From Lingula anatina (taxonomy: Eukaryota > Animalia > Brachiopoda), in the NCBI GenBank assembly GCA_051362555.1, contig CM120643.1:5952001-6016000 (forward strand): a stretch of 64,000 nt of DNA. The letters are read 5' to 3'. Below are positions 49,880 to 62,649 of this stretch, one piece after another. Both the position numbers and the translations under genes were made by a program. Each line of letters starts with the position of its first letter. Position 1 is the stretch's first letter. The notes beneath the pieces are model-generated. The model worked only from the letters and a program-made list of their open reading frames with translations. It was not told the origin of the DNA and made no database searches.

Positions 49880-50068
49880 GAGCACTTTCAGAACAGAGAA
49901 CTAACAGATCCCTGGATCAAATATGGTGACCCACTCAATGCTAATGCTTGTTGCTTAATCCCTGTGGGGAATCTATTCAGTGTCTAATCAGGAATTAAGT
50001 GGCAAGTTTTTTAGTGGGTTGCCATATTTGATCCGCAGATCTGTTCGTTTTCTGTCCTGAATGCGGCC
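49880..50068. mobile_element. PIF/Harbinger-type MITE, TSD AAT
   Basis: ~55-bp imperfect TIRs (TTCAGAACAGAGAACTAACAGATC..GGATCAAATATGG) flanked by AAT. Confidence 0.78.
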
Positions 50069-50873
50069 AATGAGGCATGAGAGAGAAAATATAACAACTA
50101 TAAGAAAATATAATAGGAGTCTGAAGTTTTCTTAGTATTTAATTTCTGTTTCTCACCTCTCTTTATCTATGCCTCTCTACAACTTCAACCCAGTTTCTCT
50201 TAAATAAAATTCTGCACTAATGAGCTAAATTAAATAAATAAACATTCTTTGATTACAAACAGCTCCAGAATATTACCAAGTGGGAATTTACTAGGTACCA
50301 GTACTTATAACAGGCATTAACAATGTGAAGATTCAGTCATCATTCTGACTTGCTTTATTCAGTACTAATTTATTAGCACTGCTTCAGGCAAGCTAACTCA
50401 ATATATAACTTTGGATATTAAGATAAGAAAATGCCTTGTCATTTGATTCAATTTCATTAAAAAAACTAACAAAAAATTACAAAGTAAGCACCAAAAGTAA
50501 TAATAAGTACTCATCTTTTATAAAGACTACGTACAATGAGATCACAACATTAGTGTACATACTAGTATAAAAGCTTCAGTATACTTACTGCAAGATGTTG
50601 CTTAATTCTTTATTTAAAGAAATAACAAAATGATTTTCTGCATTTCACTTATACAAAATTGCTGCAGATATCTTTTATACTTAATTGTCTTTGGGCAAAC
50701 CATAAGATGAGCACTACCATAAGACTAGACAGCAAAGCTGGCAAAATATACAGACACAAAATATTCACCAAAATACACACACACACAAAAAAAAGAAAAA
50801 ATTCAAAGAAACAGGTTTGATAAGATTCTGATTTTTTTTACTCATTCACAGTTGGGGGAGGCATGCACAAATT

Positions 50874-51675
50874 GGGACCCGCTTCACGAAGCAGTAGTTT
50901 GTTAGTGACTGATAGTAGGCCTCTTCCTAGTTATGAGTGCAGTGTTACGAAGCTATCGCTAGGTCTCTCACTCATTATTGTGTTGTTGTTACCATGGATA
51001 TTTCATGACTGGTTAGACCAGTCGCTAACTCTAGAGTTTCATCATACGCATGTGTATTAAATGAAAAAGAAAGGTTGCAATATGGCGGCTGTCTTTCTTG
51101 CTAGACCAGTCGCTAACTCTAGAGTTTCATCATACGCATGTGTATTAAATGAAAAAGAAAGGTTGCAATATGGCGGCTGTCTTTCTTGCTATCTGGGCCA
51201 CCAGAATACAAAGGAGACAACAACGGTTTTATCATAGAAAAAAAACCATTAAAATTTATGGACGCTGGAGAAATATTCAAAAGATTCTGCCTGTCTAGAA
51301 GAGAGGTGGATAGGGTTGTGGAGATCCTGCATGACAATCTCATAACATCGATGAAGAGATCTCACACCCTCTCCACGCAGGTGCAAGTGCTCATTGCTTT
51401 GCAATATTTTGCAACCGGAAGCTACCAGAGAGTGGAGGGAGATGCTTCTCTAGGATGCAGCAAGAGCAGCGTCTCCTGGGCCATCCACAGGGTGACAAAT
51501 TTAATAGCAACATCACAACATGAGGATCTTGCTGTCAAGTTTCCTACAGATCCCAAGGAAGTTAAAGCGGCGAAGAAAGGATTTTATGATGTTGAGATGC
51601 ATCGACAGGACACTCATACCTATACTGGCTCCTACCGATGACGAGCAATATTACATCGGGAGAAAAGGCTTCCAT
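50874..51675 (+). mobile_element. PIF/Harbinger transposon 5' end with disabled HARBI1-like transposase
   Basis: TIR-like GGGACCCGCTTCACGAAGC at 50874; QVLIALQYFATGSYQRVEGD...SKSSVS.AIHRVT...KFP then frameshift to CIDRTLIPILAP...YIGRKGFH; ~89-bp tandem duplication at 51013-51191. Confidence 0.9.
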
Positions 51676-51999
51676 TAATTGCCTTAAAATACAAGCAGTG
51701 TGTCATCACAAATTGTGGTAAGTAGGCTAGATGTTTGAAAAAAGAAACCATCTGTAGCGCACTTGCAATGACCTTGACCATATGCAATTTGTAAACAAAA
51801 AAACTTACACAACCCAACTACCACATCCTCAATTACTGCAATGACCAAATGCATTGTTAGCTATTTAAAAAGGAAATAATTTTCTATTGACTTGCCAAGT
51901 CAGTATTATGACAATGCATTAAAGTCTTTCAAATATATGGATTTTTAGGTATACTAAGCAGAACAGTGTCATACAAAACAATAGACTGGCTACATGTAT

Positions 52000-52580
52000 A
52001 AATTGGAAACCTATGGACCGCTCAGCCTACTTACATAGCACCAGCTTTCATCCTTCACACATCAAAAAATCCATTGTATTTTGTTTTACAATATTACCTT
52101 AAGATACAATAGAATCAACTTGGAACCTGAAAAGAAGAGTGAACAACTTACAGATTTGCAAAAGACGGCAGTATGACACGCAAATGATCAAAGAAACCAA
52201 GGGAAAAGCTAATAGAATCCCAAGAAAAGATCTTCTCCAATACCAAAGAAAGGACACACACAAAAGGGTTCCTTTAGTAGTCACTTTTAATCCCACCCTT
52301 TACCACCTTAAAAAGATGGCACGGGATTTGCAACATATCTTTGACTCTGACACTACGCTCAAAGACATTTTTCCATCTCCACCTATCGTCTCTTTCAGAC
52401 AGCCTCCTAAACTTAAAAAACTCCTGGTTAACAATAACAGCCTTGGTGTCACGGGCACATTTCCTTGCAACAATAGAAGGTGCCTTCTCTGCCCGTGCAT
52501 CATTAACAGCCCCATCATCACTTCGGAAGGCAAGACACTCATCCCTAAGGGAAAATACACTTGCGACTCTCAGAACAATT
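52000..52580 (+). mobile_element. Penelope-like element fragment (RT thumb and Zn linker preceding GIY-YIG)
   Basis: HPSHIKKSIV...RVPLVVTFNPTL...LKDIFPSPPIVSFRQPPKLKKLLV...PCNNRRCLLC...YTCDSQN. Confidence 0.9.
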
Positions 52581-52704
52581 CTTTTCTATTATTAGGCATT
52601 TTATGTGTTTCAAACATCTAGAACTTATGTGCATGCTACATGTATCACATGTTCCAGTCCAAAATGTGACATTTCAATATCAATTCATTAATTTCATTTT
52701 GCAG

Positions 52705-52808
52705 ATGACTATGACAAAGTTAGAAGGAAACTGAACATAGCTCAATATGAATCTGACATTGTAACAGAAAATGAGGAGATTATTCCAGCATCTCAGAGAA
52801 GTAAGAGG
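52705..52808 (+). pseudogene. Isolated exon of a DUF4806-family gene (N-terminal part)
   Basis: AG/GT-bounded DYDKVRRKLNIAQYESDIVTENEE...RSKR resembles the YxxARxKLxxAxxTSD motif of this family. Confidence 0.55.
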
Positions 52809-52864
52809 TTAGAAATGTGTCATACTATTAACTAATATCACATATTTTATATCTACACATGAAT

Positions 52865-53036
52865 TACCTATGATGAAAATGAGGACAAGAGCAGACAAAA
52901 GGAAAATTATGCAAAAAGAAAAGCTAAGGGAGTAAAAACATTAATTTGGATGTTGGGGATGCAATTTTGAAGAAACAAGTGAAAAATTCAGGAAAAAGGG
53001 TGGCAAACTGGAGAATTTCTGGATAGGACCTTACAA
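52865..53036 (+). mobile_element. Ginger/Gypsy-type integrase C-terminal fragment
   Basis: QKENYAKRK...GDAILK...RKKGGKLENFWIGPYK (GPY/F motif) followed by GTAAGT. Confidence 0.6.
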
Positions 53037-53270
53037 GTAAGTTATTTGTAATTTTAAATTAATTATATAGTGCAGGGTGAGCAAAAATAAAAAACTCCTG
53101 GAAAAAGTTTAATTCAAAAACATTTGGCCTGAAGTTTTTTTTTTTATTTGGAATTTATCTGTGAAAAACAACTATGATAGTTTGAAAGATATATGCTGAT
53201 GAGGGACAGAAAGTTGTTGCAGTTGTATAATAATCTTAGCAATCTAGTTCTTCTTTGGTTTAGGATCTTA

Positions 53271-53816
53271 GAGCGCATTCTCAACGAATTAAGCCAGGCT
53301 TTACAAAGCCGGTGACCTAAAAATGGCGGACGTACATGAAAGAAAAACCGCCTAATCTTTTAATAGTCTCTCCGCCTCTCACACGCCTCCCCACACGTCG
53401 TCCCTGCGGGGTACAGTAATTAAATCTCGGCTCCAAACATTAATATTTCCGTGAATATCTCTGGTGATATTATCTCCGTAGATAGTCGATTCATTGCTGC
53501 TCTACGGGCCAAATTATTCCTTTTTCGTCTCTGTTTTCAAAGATAATAGAACAGAAGAGCTTTTTTCCTTCGATCGCCTTCAGCCGCCATGCTTTCTTCA
53601 CCACGAGTTTAACTGATGAGCATGCGCACTTAATATTTCTCAGGTAGCTTCCGCATGGCGAACGGAGACGCGATTTAATTACTGTACCCCGCAGGGACGA
53701 CGTGTGGGGAGGCGGAGAGACTATTAAAAGATTAGGCGGTTTTTCTTTCATGTACGTCCGCCATTTTTAGGTCACCGGCTTTGTAAAGCCTGGCTTAATT
53801 CGTTGAGAATACGCTC
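53271..53816. mobile_element. PIF/Harbinger-type foldback MITE, TSD TTA
   Basis: ~150-bp near-perfect TIRs GAGCGCATTCTCAACGAATTAAGCC...GGCTTAATTCGTTGAGAATACGCTC. Confidence 0.93.
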
Positions 53817-54134
53817 TTAGACATTGACCAGAACAACACTGTGAAGCAACAAAGTGAAAAGACTGGTGAAGTTCTGGAGAAGAGAGTGGCATATGACCAG
53901 GTACAATAAAACTGGAAATATGTAGTTGGCCAATCTCAGTAACTAGGTCCAATTGATCTTCCAGACCTGGGTGCCATAAAGAAAAGAAAATGAAGTCTGT
54001 TCAGTGATTTAAAAAGAGGTGCACCTTATACCAACGTTTAAGCCAAAATTACCAGTATTCTGTGAATCATTGCCAGAAAAATAATAATTTATCCAAGGTG
54101 TTGCAAGTGACCACCTATGATGACACCCGAGAGA

Positions 54135-54380
54135 GATGCCGCTGCCCTGACTGTCGGGCAGTATGTCACAGCAATTTATGATGGGGAGTGATTTGTTGGA
54201 AAGATCTCTAATGGGGACGAGGAGGATGAAGAGGTGGAAGTGTGTTTTATGGAGAAACGCAAGCAGTTGCTACAATGGCCCTCTAGAGAAGATAAAATCT
54301 GGCTAAAACACGACACCATCTAAATCGTGATCAATGCCCCAGAGGCTTGCGAGAAATCACAACGCATGTTAAAACTGGAC
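54135..54380 (+). pseudogene. Tudor/SH3-like C-terminal domain of a DNA transposase (Sola2/pogo-type)
   Basis: VGQYVTAIYDGE*FVGKI...EVEVCFME...QWPSREDKIWL...I*IVINAP with two stops. Confidence 0.6.
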
Positions 54381-54564
54381 AGAGAACACACACTGAATAT
54401 GTTTTAAAAGAAGTGCATTTTTATTGTTTATGTTTAAACATGTTCAAGAACAGATATTTACTTGTTACAAGTTTGTAACTCTCAAACTCACTTTCAGAAG
54501 TTTATTAATTAATTGATTTTAAATGATTTATAAAATTTTCGTTAAAAATGTCATTTTACCCTAT

Positions 54565-55748
54565 TGTGACGATGTGGTGTGTTTGTTGAGATTTTTATAT
54601 TGCTACTGGTAGATGTCTCTATAAGTAAAGTACAGTCCGGTGCGCATGTTTGAATCTCTCTTGTGATTGGTAACTTAAAGGTAAAACTGTTCACTGTATA
54701 GTTGGTTCTGATTGGTAAACGTGTACTATCTGAACTTGTATATAAGGTGTGACTTGAAATAAATCGGTCTCTTTTGGTCCTCTTTTGCGGCTCTTTGAGG
54801 CTTTTATCTGTGCTTATACTCTGAGATACCAGTAAGTACATTGTTATTTGTACCTTCATAAGGCACTCGGCCGTGAAGGCGTAACAATTGGCGCAGTCGA
54901 CAGGATAGAGTTTGTGTTGCTTATTAATTGACAGGATACAATTTGTGTAGCATATGTTGTTAAATTGACAGGATTCAATTTGTGTAGCTAACGTTGTCAA
55001 TTTACGGGATAGAATTTGTGTAGCTTGTGTTGTTAGAGGATAGAATTAGTAGTTATTAGTGATATTGGAATTTCTGAAAAGCTTTGTGTATGACTGAGTG
55101 AGAGTTGGAAAGATAGTGACATGTGTTAGATGGGACTTGTTGCAAGACGCGAGCTAGTCGGAATATATTGCAGAGATATTTTATTTTCAGTGTTGGCTGA
55201 TACTCGCAGCAATTCAGTAAATATTTTCAAAGTAGCATTTATTTTAGTAGTTTAGAGATATTTTGTATTAATTTTCTGTTGTGATACTACAACTGCGGAG
55301 ATATAGTGGACCACGTGTAGTGAGTAATAGTCGGACAGACCACGTGTAATTTCAGGCCCGTGCGTATAGAGCCTTATGTTGTAATTAGAATACAGATCAT
55401 AATTTAGTGAGTTTATTTACAAAGAAAAGCATTTATTTAAAATAAAGGTTTCAAATTTGTGTTTTTCACTGACTTGCTGAATGAAGGAGTGAGTGTGAAT
55501 TGTTTATTGTATATTTTTATCAATATTGCAATAGCATATATATCAAAGCATCCCCACCTCTCTATACAATTAAAGATAAAAAAGCAAAAATCCAGGTGGT
55601 ACATCATGATAGATTGAGAAAATTTGTTGAAAGAGAGAGTGATTTTCAGTTGAATGAACCACAATTGGTGGAACCAATTGTAAAAAGATCAAGATTTGGT
55701 AGACAAATTAAAATGCCATCTCATTTAAGAGCTTTTGCTTTAGAATGA
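54565..55748 (+). mobile_element. Deleted Gypsy LTR retrotransposon: 5' LTR (54565-54886), tRNA-Ser PBS (54889-54906), integrase C-terminus
   Basis: TGTGACG...CGTAACA termini, TATAA and AATAAA inside, PBS TGGCGCAGTCGACAGGAT, short tandem repeats after the PBS, PLYTIK...VVHHDRLRKF...RSRFGRQIKMPSHL. No 3' LTR seen. Confidence 0.8.
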
Positions 55749-56353
55749 TTATATTGATATATATATATAGTTTATTAGTTAAGGTATAGTTGTATATAAA
55801 TACTTCCTTAATTTTCGGCAGTGCTGAAATAAATGGAATTTAATTTAATTAATTTATTTGTATTTTTTTTTATTTTTTATTTAGATCATGGATGAATCCA
55901 ACATCATGCACATATTACAATCAGAGCTCTTACTTGGGGATTTGGTATAAAAGTAATATTTGTACATAGTAAATGCGGTGATGCTGTAATACTATGTTAG
56001 TAATTAATGTAATACTATGTTCATGCTGTAATGTAAAATTAAGTTTATAATGTAATATGTTAATATTCATTTGAAAGAAAAGATCATTATCATGTATGTT
56101 CATTCAAGAAAATAAACCATTGTATAAGTTTATTTCAGATATGGATTATTTAGACATGTTAGATGAAGCCTATTTTGTCCCTGATTATGATGACACTGAT
56201 CTGGTGGAAGATCCTACTATAATGACTTGTAAAATGTGTTCAAAGCAGCAATAGCAATCAACATCAAAGGACCCTGGGGGTGTGAAAGGAGTCTCATCCT
56301 CCATCACAGAATTACCCAGATGTTATTTGAGCAGTAAAATGTCTCTTCAATAA

Positions 56354-56588
56354 CAGATCTATGCAAAGAAGAAGTTATTTGATTTTTAATCACCTAATTG
56401 CTACTCAACTGTCCTATTAAAGTGTATAAAGCACGAGTTAAAAGTGCACAATTTTTACGCCAAAAACGGTAAATATACAAATTAATGTGAAAAACATTCG
56501 GGCAGGTAATATCTTGTCGGGGCCTGCGATATACAGATCTAAGCAGCCCAATTGGCCTGCATTGCCCTCAGAGTTTTCAGCATGTCTG
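56354..56588. mobile_element. MITE with 6-bp TSD (CAATAA)
   Basis: Right end GTTTTCAGCATGTCTG identical to the 17536-17886 element; left end CAGATCT...; CAATAA on both sides. Confidence 0.65.
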
Positions 56589-57425
56589 CAATAAAAATAC
56601 ACTTAAATCGATGTAAGTACTTGAAGGTTTTGACCAATATGCTATGCAGCATGAGCATTGGCAGTTAGATAGGTGTATTCATATATTCTGTTACATTCTT
56701 AAAAGAATGAAAATAACGAATGCTTTCTCTACTTTAAAATTATACAATTCATAATACTGAAGCTTTACATTTATCATTGAGGATGCTGTCCCTTCACAAA
56801 GCACCAACAGAACACTTGGAAAGCACAAGTCCCATCACATTACACATGATGGCATTACATCTATTAATGGGATGCTTGCTGATGAAGTAAATAAACAGTT
56901 TTGTTACACAGGTAAAATATAAGAATCTCATCAATATCTAAGTAAGTAATTCTTTGGTATATGAGGCACAAACATCATTTAAATTATTCTTTTTACAGGT
57001 GTTCCATGCGAGTCTTCATGTAATGTCCAGTATTATATATGATGGAGACATGACTTATTTTTCTAAGGTCTGCCATATTCTCTTTGAAAAGGTAGCTGAT
57101 TATGCCTTGAAGATAGAACTTTCAATTATTTTTAGCCACTGAACATAAATATTTCTTTTGACACATATGAAATTTTTTTCTTTTCACTATGTCTTAAAGG
57201 TGATTGCACTGTCTGTTGTGTTTGGTGTTATAAACTCAACCTCAAATAATATAATGAAAACACTGAATTTTATTTTAACCCATTTTAAATGTACAGAGAC
57301 TATCAAAAATGCATTAATATATATGTAATACCAGTGGTGGTTGGAAGGGTATCACGTGATACGTCAAAAGATGCGCACGCACATCTCTCATTTGATGTTT
57401 TGCTGTCGAAGAGTTAACACCGAAA

Positions 57426-58737
57426 ATGAGCTCCCGGCGAAGTCTTCCTGCAACGTCGTTCAATAATGTGACACTTATATGGTAATAACGTAAATTTTAT
57501 ATAAATTACTTGTTGCTTTTAAGACTTAATAAAGTGTTATATTGATGCCTTCATTGACTTTTCAGGGGTCAGACTCGATAGAAAAAACTTGGAAATGAAC
57601 TACATGTGTATGTCACTGTAAAAAAGAAATGTTTTTTGAAAATCTAGTATATGCGCAGGTAAATCGTAACGTTACGTTGTTATTTATCGTTTGGTTGTGT
57701 GGTCGACGTCATTTTATTGCCCACTGACGTATACATACTCATCTTACTCTAAATCTTCTGTTCTGCTAATTTTAACAAATTGGGAAAGGTAGGTGTGTTT
57801 TGTTTGCTTCATAATAATTCAAAACAAATTAAATTTAACTTCAGAAATATGTCATAAAAAGAAGGAAAAGGAATATACCCCATAGATACACCAAATATAT
57901 TTTTCATCTCAAGACAGTTTCAATACACCGGTACACCTGCTGCTCAGCAATAGATCAGGGTCACATGTTTTCTATGTATTAATTATTTTCAGACATGTTA
58001 TGCATTTGTAAAGCAGAAGAAGGAGGTGATGAGGAAATGACTGTTTTAGAAGTTTTTCCAGACAAAATAACACACACTATACCTTGTTTCCCAGGCATTT
58101 CTGTTGAATTGCATAGAACCACTGTACAATGTAATGGATCAAGACAGCTTTATTTTCATCCAGTGATATTTTAGGTCTACAATTAAATGTTGAACCTTTT
58201 ATCATTTTTGTCCGCTACTTTTTCAAAACTAACATTCAGTTATTTGGTCCCTGCCTGGTTGTTTGTGACTGGGAGTCTGATAGTGCACCTTTCATCAAGG
58301 ATGACAATAAAAACCTAAGTAGTGAAGAAGAAGAGGGAGAAGATGAAGATGTTGCTGATGAAAATGTTGAGCACTGTCTACCTTTTAAAGTATTGGGGGT
58401 TGCCCATTTTCAGTATAGACAAACTTTATTGAAAAACATACATAACCAAATGAACAAAAAGCTTATTGAAACTGTATCAACAAGACTCATTTTGGAAAAT
58501 GATTATTCTATTGGAAGCAAGGCAGTTCAGATTTCACACGAAGGAGAGTGGGTTACAATTGGTCATTTACCACAGGAATTATGGCAGTATGTTAATTTAG
58601 ATTTAGTAACTGGTTGCAGAATTGACAAGATTTCCTTTAGGTTGTGGAAAGTGCCAGGTTTTTATGTTAAGTTATTTGTTACTAAAAAAGGAGCTTGGCC
58701 TATCCAAGTGATAAGAAAAAGTAAATATGTTCAATAA
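57426..58737 (+). pseudogene. Spliced, probably decayed gene ending in a HIRAN-like domain (transposon accessory ORF)
   Basis: ATG at 57426 with several AG/GT-bounded exons; last exon EHCLPFKVLGVAH..RQ.LL...KAVQI...WVTIGHLPQEL...PGFYVKLFVTKKGAWP; upstream exons contain stops. Confidence 0.55.
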
Positions 58738-59034
58738 TAAACTGATATTTTCTTTATAGTGTTGATTTCATGCACTCCTTGCCATTAAGTAATTTTTTAT
58801 GTTGCTGATACAGAATTAATATATTTAATAAGAATATTTTTTAATCAACAAACTGTTACTTCAAGCATGACAATTCCATAACTCTTATATCTGAATTTCA
58901 TCTGTATTTGATCACTATGAACCTTTCCTGTAAATTTGAAGATGTTCTACTCTGAAATACAAAGGAATTGCAATAAAAATTGAAAAGATTAATATTATGG
59001 AAATTCCTTACTGTAATACTGATCATTTGTAATA

Positions 59035-59326
59035 TCAAACAGATAGACAATCAGGCACAGGGATCCGCACAGGTGGTAGCTCTTCTGTGGCATGGTGGAA
59101 TCTTGCTCTCACAGACTGCCCACCTCTAGGGACGTAGGTTGCCCTACCTGCCACAAATATACCTGGGTCTCCCCTTCTACCTCCCTTCAATTTTTTGAAC
59201 CTGTCACTTTGAGCAGGTTTATTAAATGAAGGGAGTTGTTCACTTATTCCATAAACACAGTGTCCTGTATAATAATGGAACTTTTCTCCATTGTCTAGTT
59301 TTTTGAAGAACTCCTGAATGATTTTT
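59035..59326 (-). pseudogene. Terminal exon of an uncharacterised (probable transposase) ORF convergent with the HIRAN-like gene
   Basis: KIIQEFFKKLDNGEKFHYYTG...LPSFNKP...RR/DPGIFVAGRATYVPRGGQSVRARFHHATEELPP with one frameshift; acceptor TTCAG at ~59327. Confidence 0.45.
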
Positions 59327-59353
59327 CTGAATATGCAAAGGAATAGACATATT

Positions 59354-62300
59354 AACTAGAGGATCAGAGAGGCGATACCGCCTCCGAATATTGTACCACC
59401 AGCTGGAGCAAGCGCATTCGTATAGACCCCCACATACACAAAATAAGGGACACAGCCACCAGTCTTATGCTTGACAAGCTATAAAAATGCAATCAACAAG
59501 AATTTTCAAAATACGCAAAAAATATATATAACTTAAAATGGTACAATCAAGGTTAAGTTCATCGTAAGGTAGGTCAAAGGTCAATTTCAAGGTCACAGTA
59601 AATTGCCAGTATATGACTTCCTATTCAACTTCAATAGTAACTATGGACCTATCTCTGCCAGGTTTGGAGTTAAAAGAGAAAGAAATTAGCAGAGTTCAGT
59701 TCATGATTATAAGTAGGTCAAAGGTCAATTTCAAGATCACACTTAGATTGCCAATATATGACTTCCTATTCAAGTTCAATAGTAACTATGGACCTATCTC
59801 GCTAGTTTTGGAAATAAAAGGGAACCAAAATTTGCAAAGTTCAATTCATGATAAAAAGTAGGTCAAAGGTCAATTTCAAGGTCACATTTAGATTGCCAGT
59901 ATATGACTTCCTATTCAACTTCAAAAGTAACTATGGACCTATCTCTGCCAGTTTTGGAGATAAAAGGGAAGCAAAATTTGCAAAGTTCAGTTCATGGTGA
60001 AAAGTAGGTCAAAGGTCAATTTCAAGGTCACAGTAAGGTTGCCAGTATATGACTTCCTATTCAACTTCAATAGTAACTATGGACCTATCTCTGCCAGTTT
60101 TGGAGATATAAGGGACTAAGGCTTCGTTCACATGGAATGTCTATTTTCTAAAAATCTATTTTCTATTCGCGCTATCTTATGATCACAGTCTATGCCCTGA
60201 ATATCCCGCCGCGTAATTACTGGCAGCGTGAGCCAGTTACTTAAAGTAACTTATAGTAACTGGCTCGCGCTGCCAGTAATTACCCCGCGGGATATTCAGG
60301 GCACAGACCATGATCACAACACATGCCGCGAATAGAAAATAGAATTTAGAAAATAGACATTGCATGTGAACGAAGCCTAAATGTTATAATTTTGGAGTTA
60401 CCATAATGTGCCATAAATTTCCTACAGAAAAAATTAATTAAAATAAAGAAAAGGTCATTTAGGTCAAAATTCTTGAAATGGGAGGTGCTCTTAAGTTCCA
60501 GATGTTCAAATTTGATGAAATAATGTCATTTTTGACCACAAGTTGCCTGCTTTGCCAAGCCTTATGTTTTATTTTTCCGGAGTTCAAAATTTATTATCCA
60601 TTACCGTACTGCACATTTTGCTTTAACCAACAAAATGTACTTTTTTAATACAGCGTAACTTTGGAGATAAAAGGGAAGCAAAATTTGCAAAGTTCAGTTC
60701 ATGATGAAAAGTAGGTCAAAGGTCAATTACAAGGTCACAGTAAGATTGCCAGTATATGACTTCCTATTCAAGTTCAATAGTAACTATGGACCTATCTCTG
60801 CCAGTTTTGGAGATAAAAGGGAACCAAAATTTGCAAAGTTCAATTCATGATAAAAAGTAGGTCAAAGGTCAATTTCAAGGTTACATTTAGATTGCCAGTA
60901 TATGACTTCCTATTCAACTTCAATAGTAACTATGGACCTATCTCTGCCAGGTTTGGAGTTAAAAGAGAAAGAAATTAGCAGAGTTCAGTTCATGGTGAAA
61001 AGTAGGTCAAAGGTCAATTTTAAGGTCACATTTAGATTGCCAGTATATGACTTCCTATTCAACTTCAATAGTAACTATGGACCTATCTCTGCTAGTTTTG
61101 GAGATAAAAGGGAAGCAAAATTTGCAAAGTTTAGTTCATGGTGAAAAGTAGGTCAAAGGTCAATTTCAAGGTCACATTTAGATTGCCAGTATATGACTTC
61201 CTATTCAACTTCAATAGTAATTATGGACCTATCTCTGCTAGTTTTGGAGATAAAAGGGAAGCAAAATTTCCAAAGTTCAGTTCATGGTGAAAAGTAGGTC
61301 AAAGGTCAATTTTAGAGTCACATTTAGATTGCCAGTATATGACTTCATATTCAAGTTCAATAGAAACTATGGACCTATCTCTGCCAGTTTTGGAGATAAA
61401 AGGGAAGCAAAATTTGCAAAGTTCAATTTATGGTGAAAAGTAGGTCAAAGGTCAATTTCAAGGTCACAGTAAGATTGCCAGTATATGACTTCCTATTCAA
61501 CTTCAATAGTACCTATGGACCTATCTCTGCCAGTTTTGGAGATATAAGGGACTAAATGTTATAATTTCGGAGTTACCTTAATGTGCCATAAATTTCCTAC
61601 AGAAAAAATTAATTAAAATAAAGAAAAGGTCATTTTGGTCAAAATTCTTGAAATGGGAGGTGCTCTGAAGTTCCAGAAGTTCAAATTTGATGAAATAATG
61701 TCATTTTTGACCACAAGTTGTCTGCTTTGCCAAGCCTTATGTTTTATTTTTCCAGAGTTCAAAATTTATTATCCATTACCGTACTGCACATTGTGCTTTC
61801 ACCACCAATATGTACTTTTTGATACAGCGCAACTCGAAAACCGTATGGAATACAAAAAAACGAAGACCACCTCCAGTGTTGGGCTTTACATGCTCTACAA
61901 AATGCAAAAAAGAATGGGTTGCTTTCACCACCAATATGTACTTTTTGATACAGCGTAACTCAAAAACCGTATGGAATACAAAAAAACGAAGACCACCTCC
62001 AGTGTTGGGCTTTACATGCTCTACAAAATGCAAAAAAGAATGGGTCTCTAGCATTAACGGTTCCCGAATTAGAGACAGTTTTCAGTTTCGGTATCTTATG
62101 GCCGTTACACCCGTGAAATTGCACCGATTGACCCCAAATTCACACAGATGAAAGATGACCTGAAGGGTAACATTTTCCAATAATATTATTGGTTAAGTCT
62201 GTGTGGTGTCTGAATAACAGCACAAATAAATTTTTTTTCGTAAAAAAATTCATTTTTTTGAAAATTTTGGCACGTTTGACCTTGAAATAAAGGTCAAAGG

Positions 62301-62649
62301 TCAAATCCAAGGGCATATTTGAAATCTACACATATGACTTTTGGAAAGACGTCTGTAGAAATTTTTCCCATAATTCCTTCCGTAGGGTAGATAATAAGCA
62401 TTTAATTTTGCCATTTTTGGACAAGGGTGCATTGCAATGAGTGCCACACCTAGACCCCAATACCGACAAAGCCCAAATTTTACGTGGAACGAGTTGAGAT
62501 TATAGGTGACCTAAATCCAAGAGATGGGTATGGGGGCCCTTACCGTCTAGGAGGAGAAGCGGTAACGGTAACATGGCGGCGGAGCCGGCAGAACGGACCG
62601 AACGGGACTAAAACCATGTGTACCGCCAGCGCTAACGCTGGTGGTACAA
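59354..62649 (-). mobile_element. HINE copy B
   Basis: Same termini and body as copy A; 4+6 satellite units, nested MITE, internal ~125-bp duplication at ~61795-62045. Confidence 0.88.
60120..60377. mobile_element. PIF/Harbinger-type foldback MITE nested in HINE B, TSD TAA
   Basis: GGCTTCGTTCACAT...ATGTGAACGAAGCC; empty site AGGGACTAAATGTT present at ~47673, ~48267 and ~61547. Confidence 0.95.

Noticed and set aside
54551-55000. 149-aa minus-strand ORF
   Set aside because: Antisense to the LTR/PBS; no domain.
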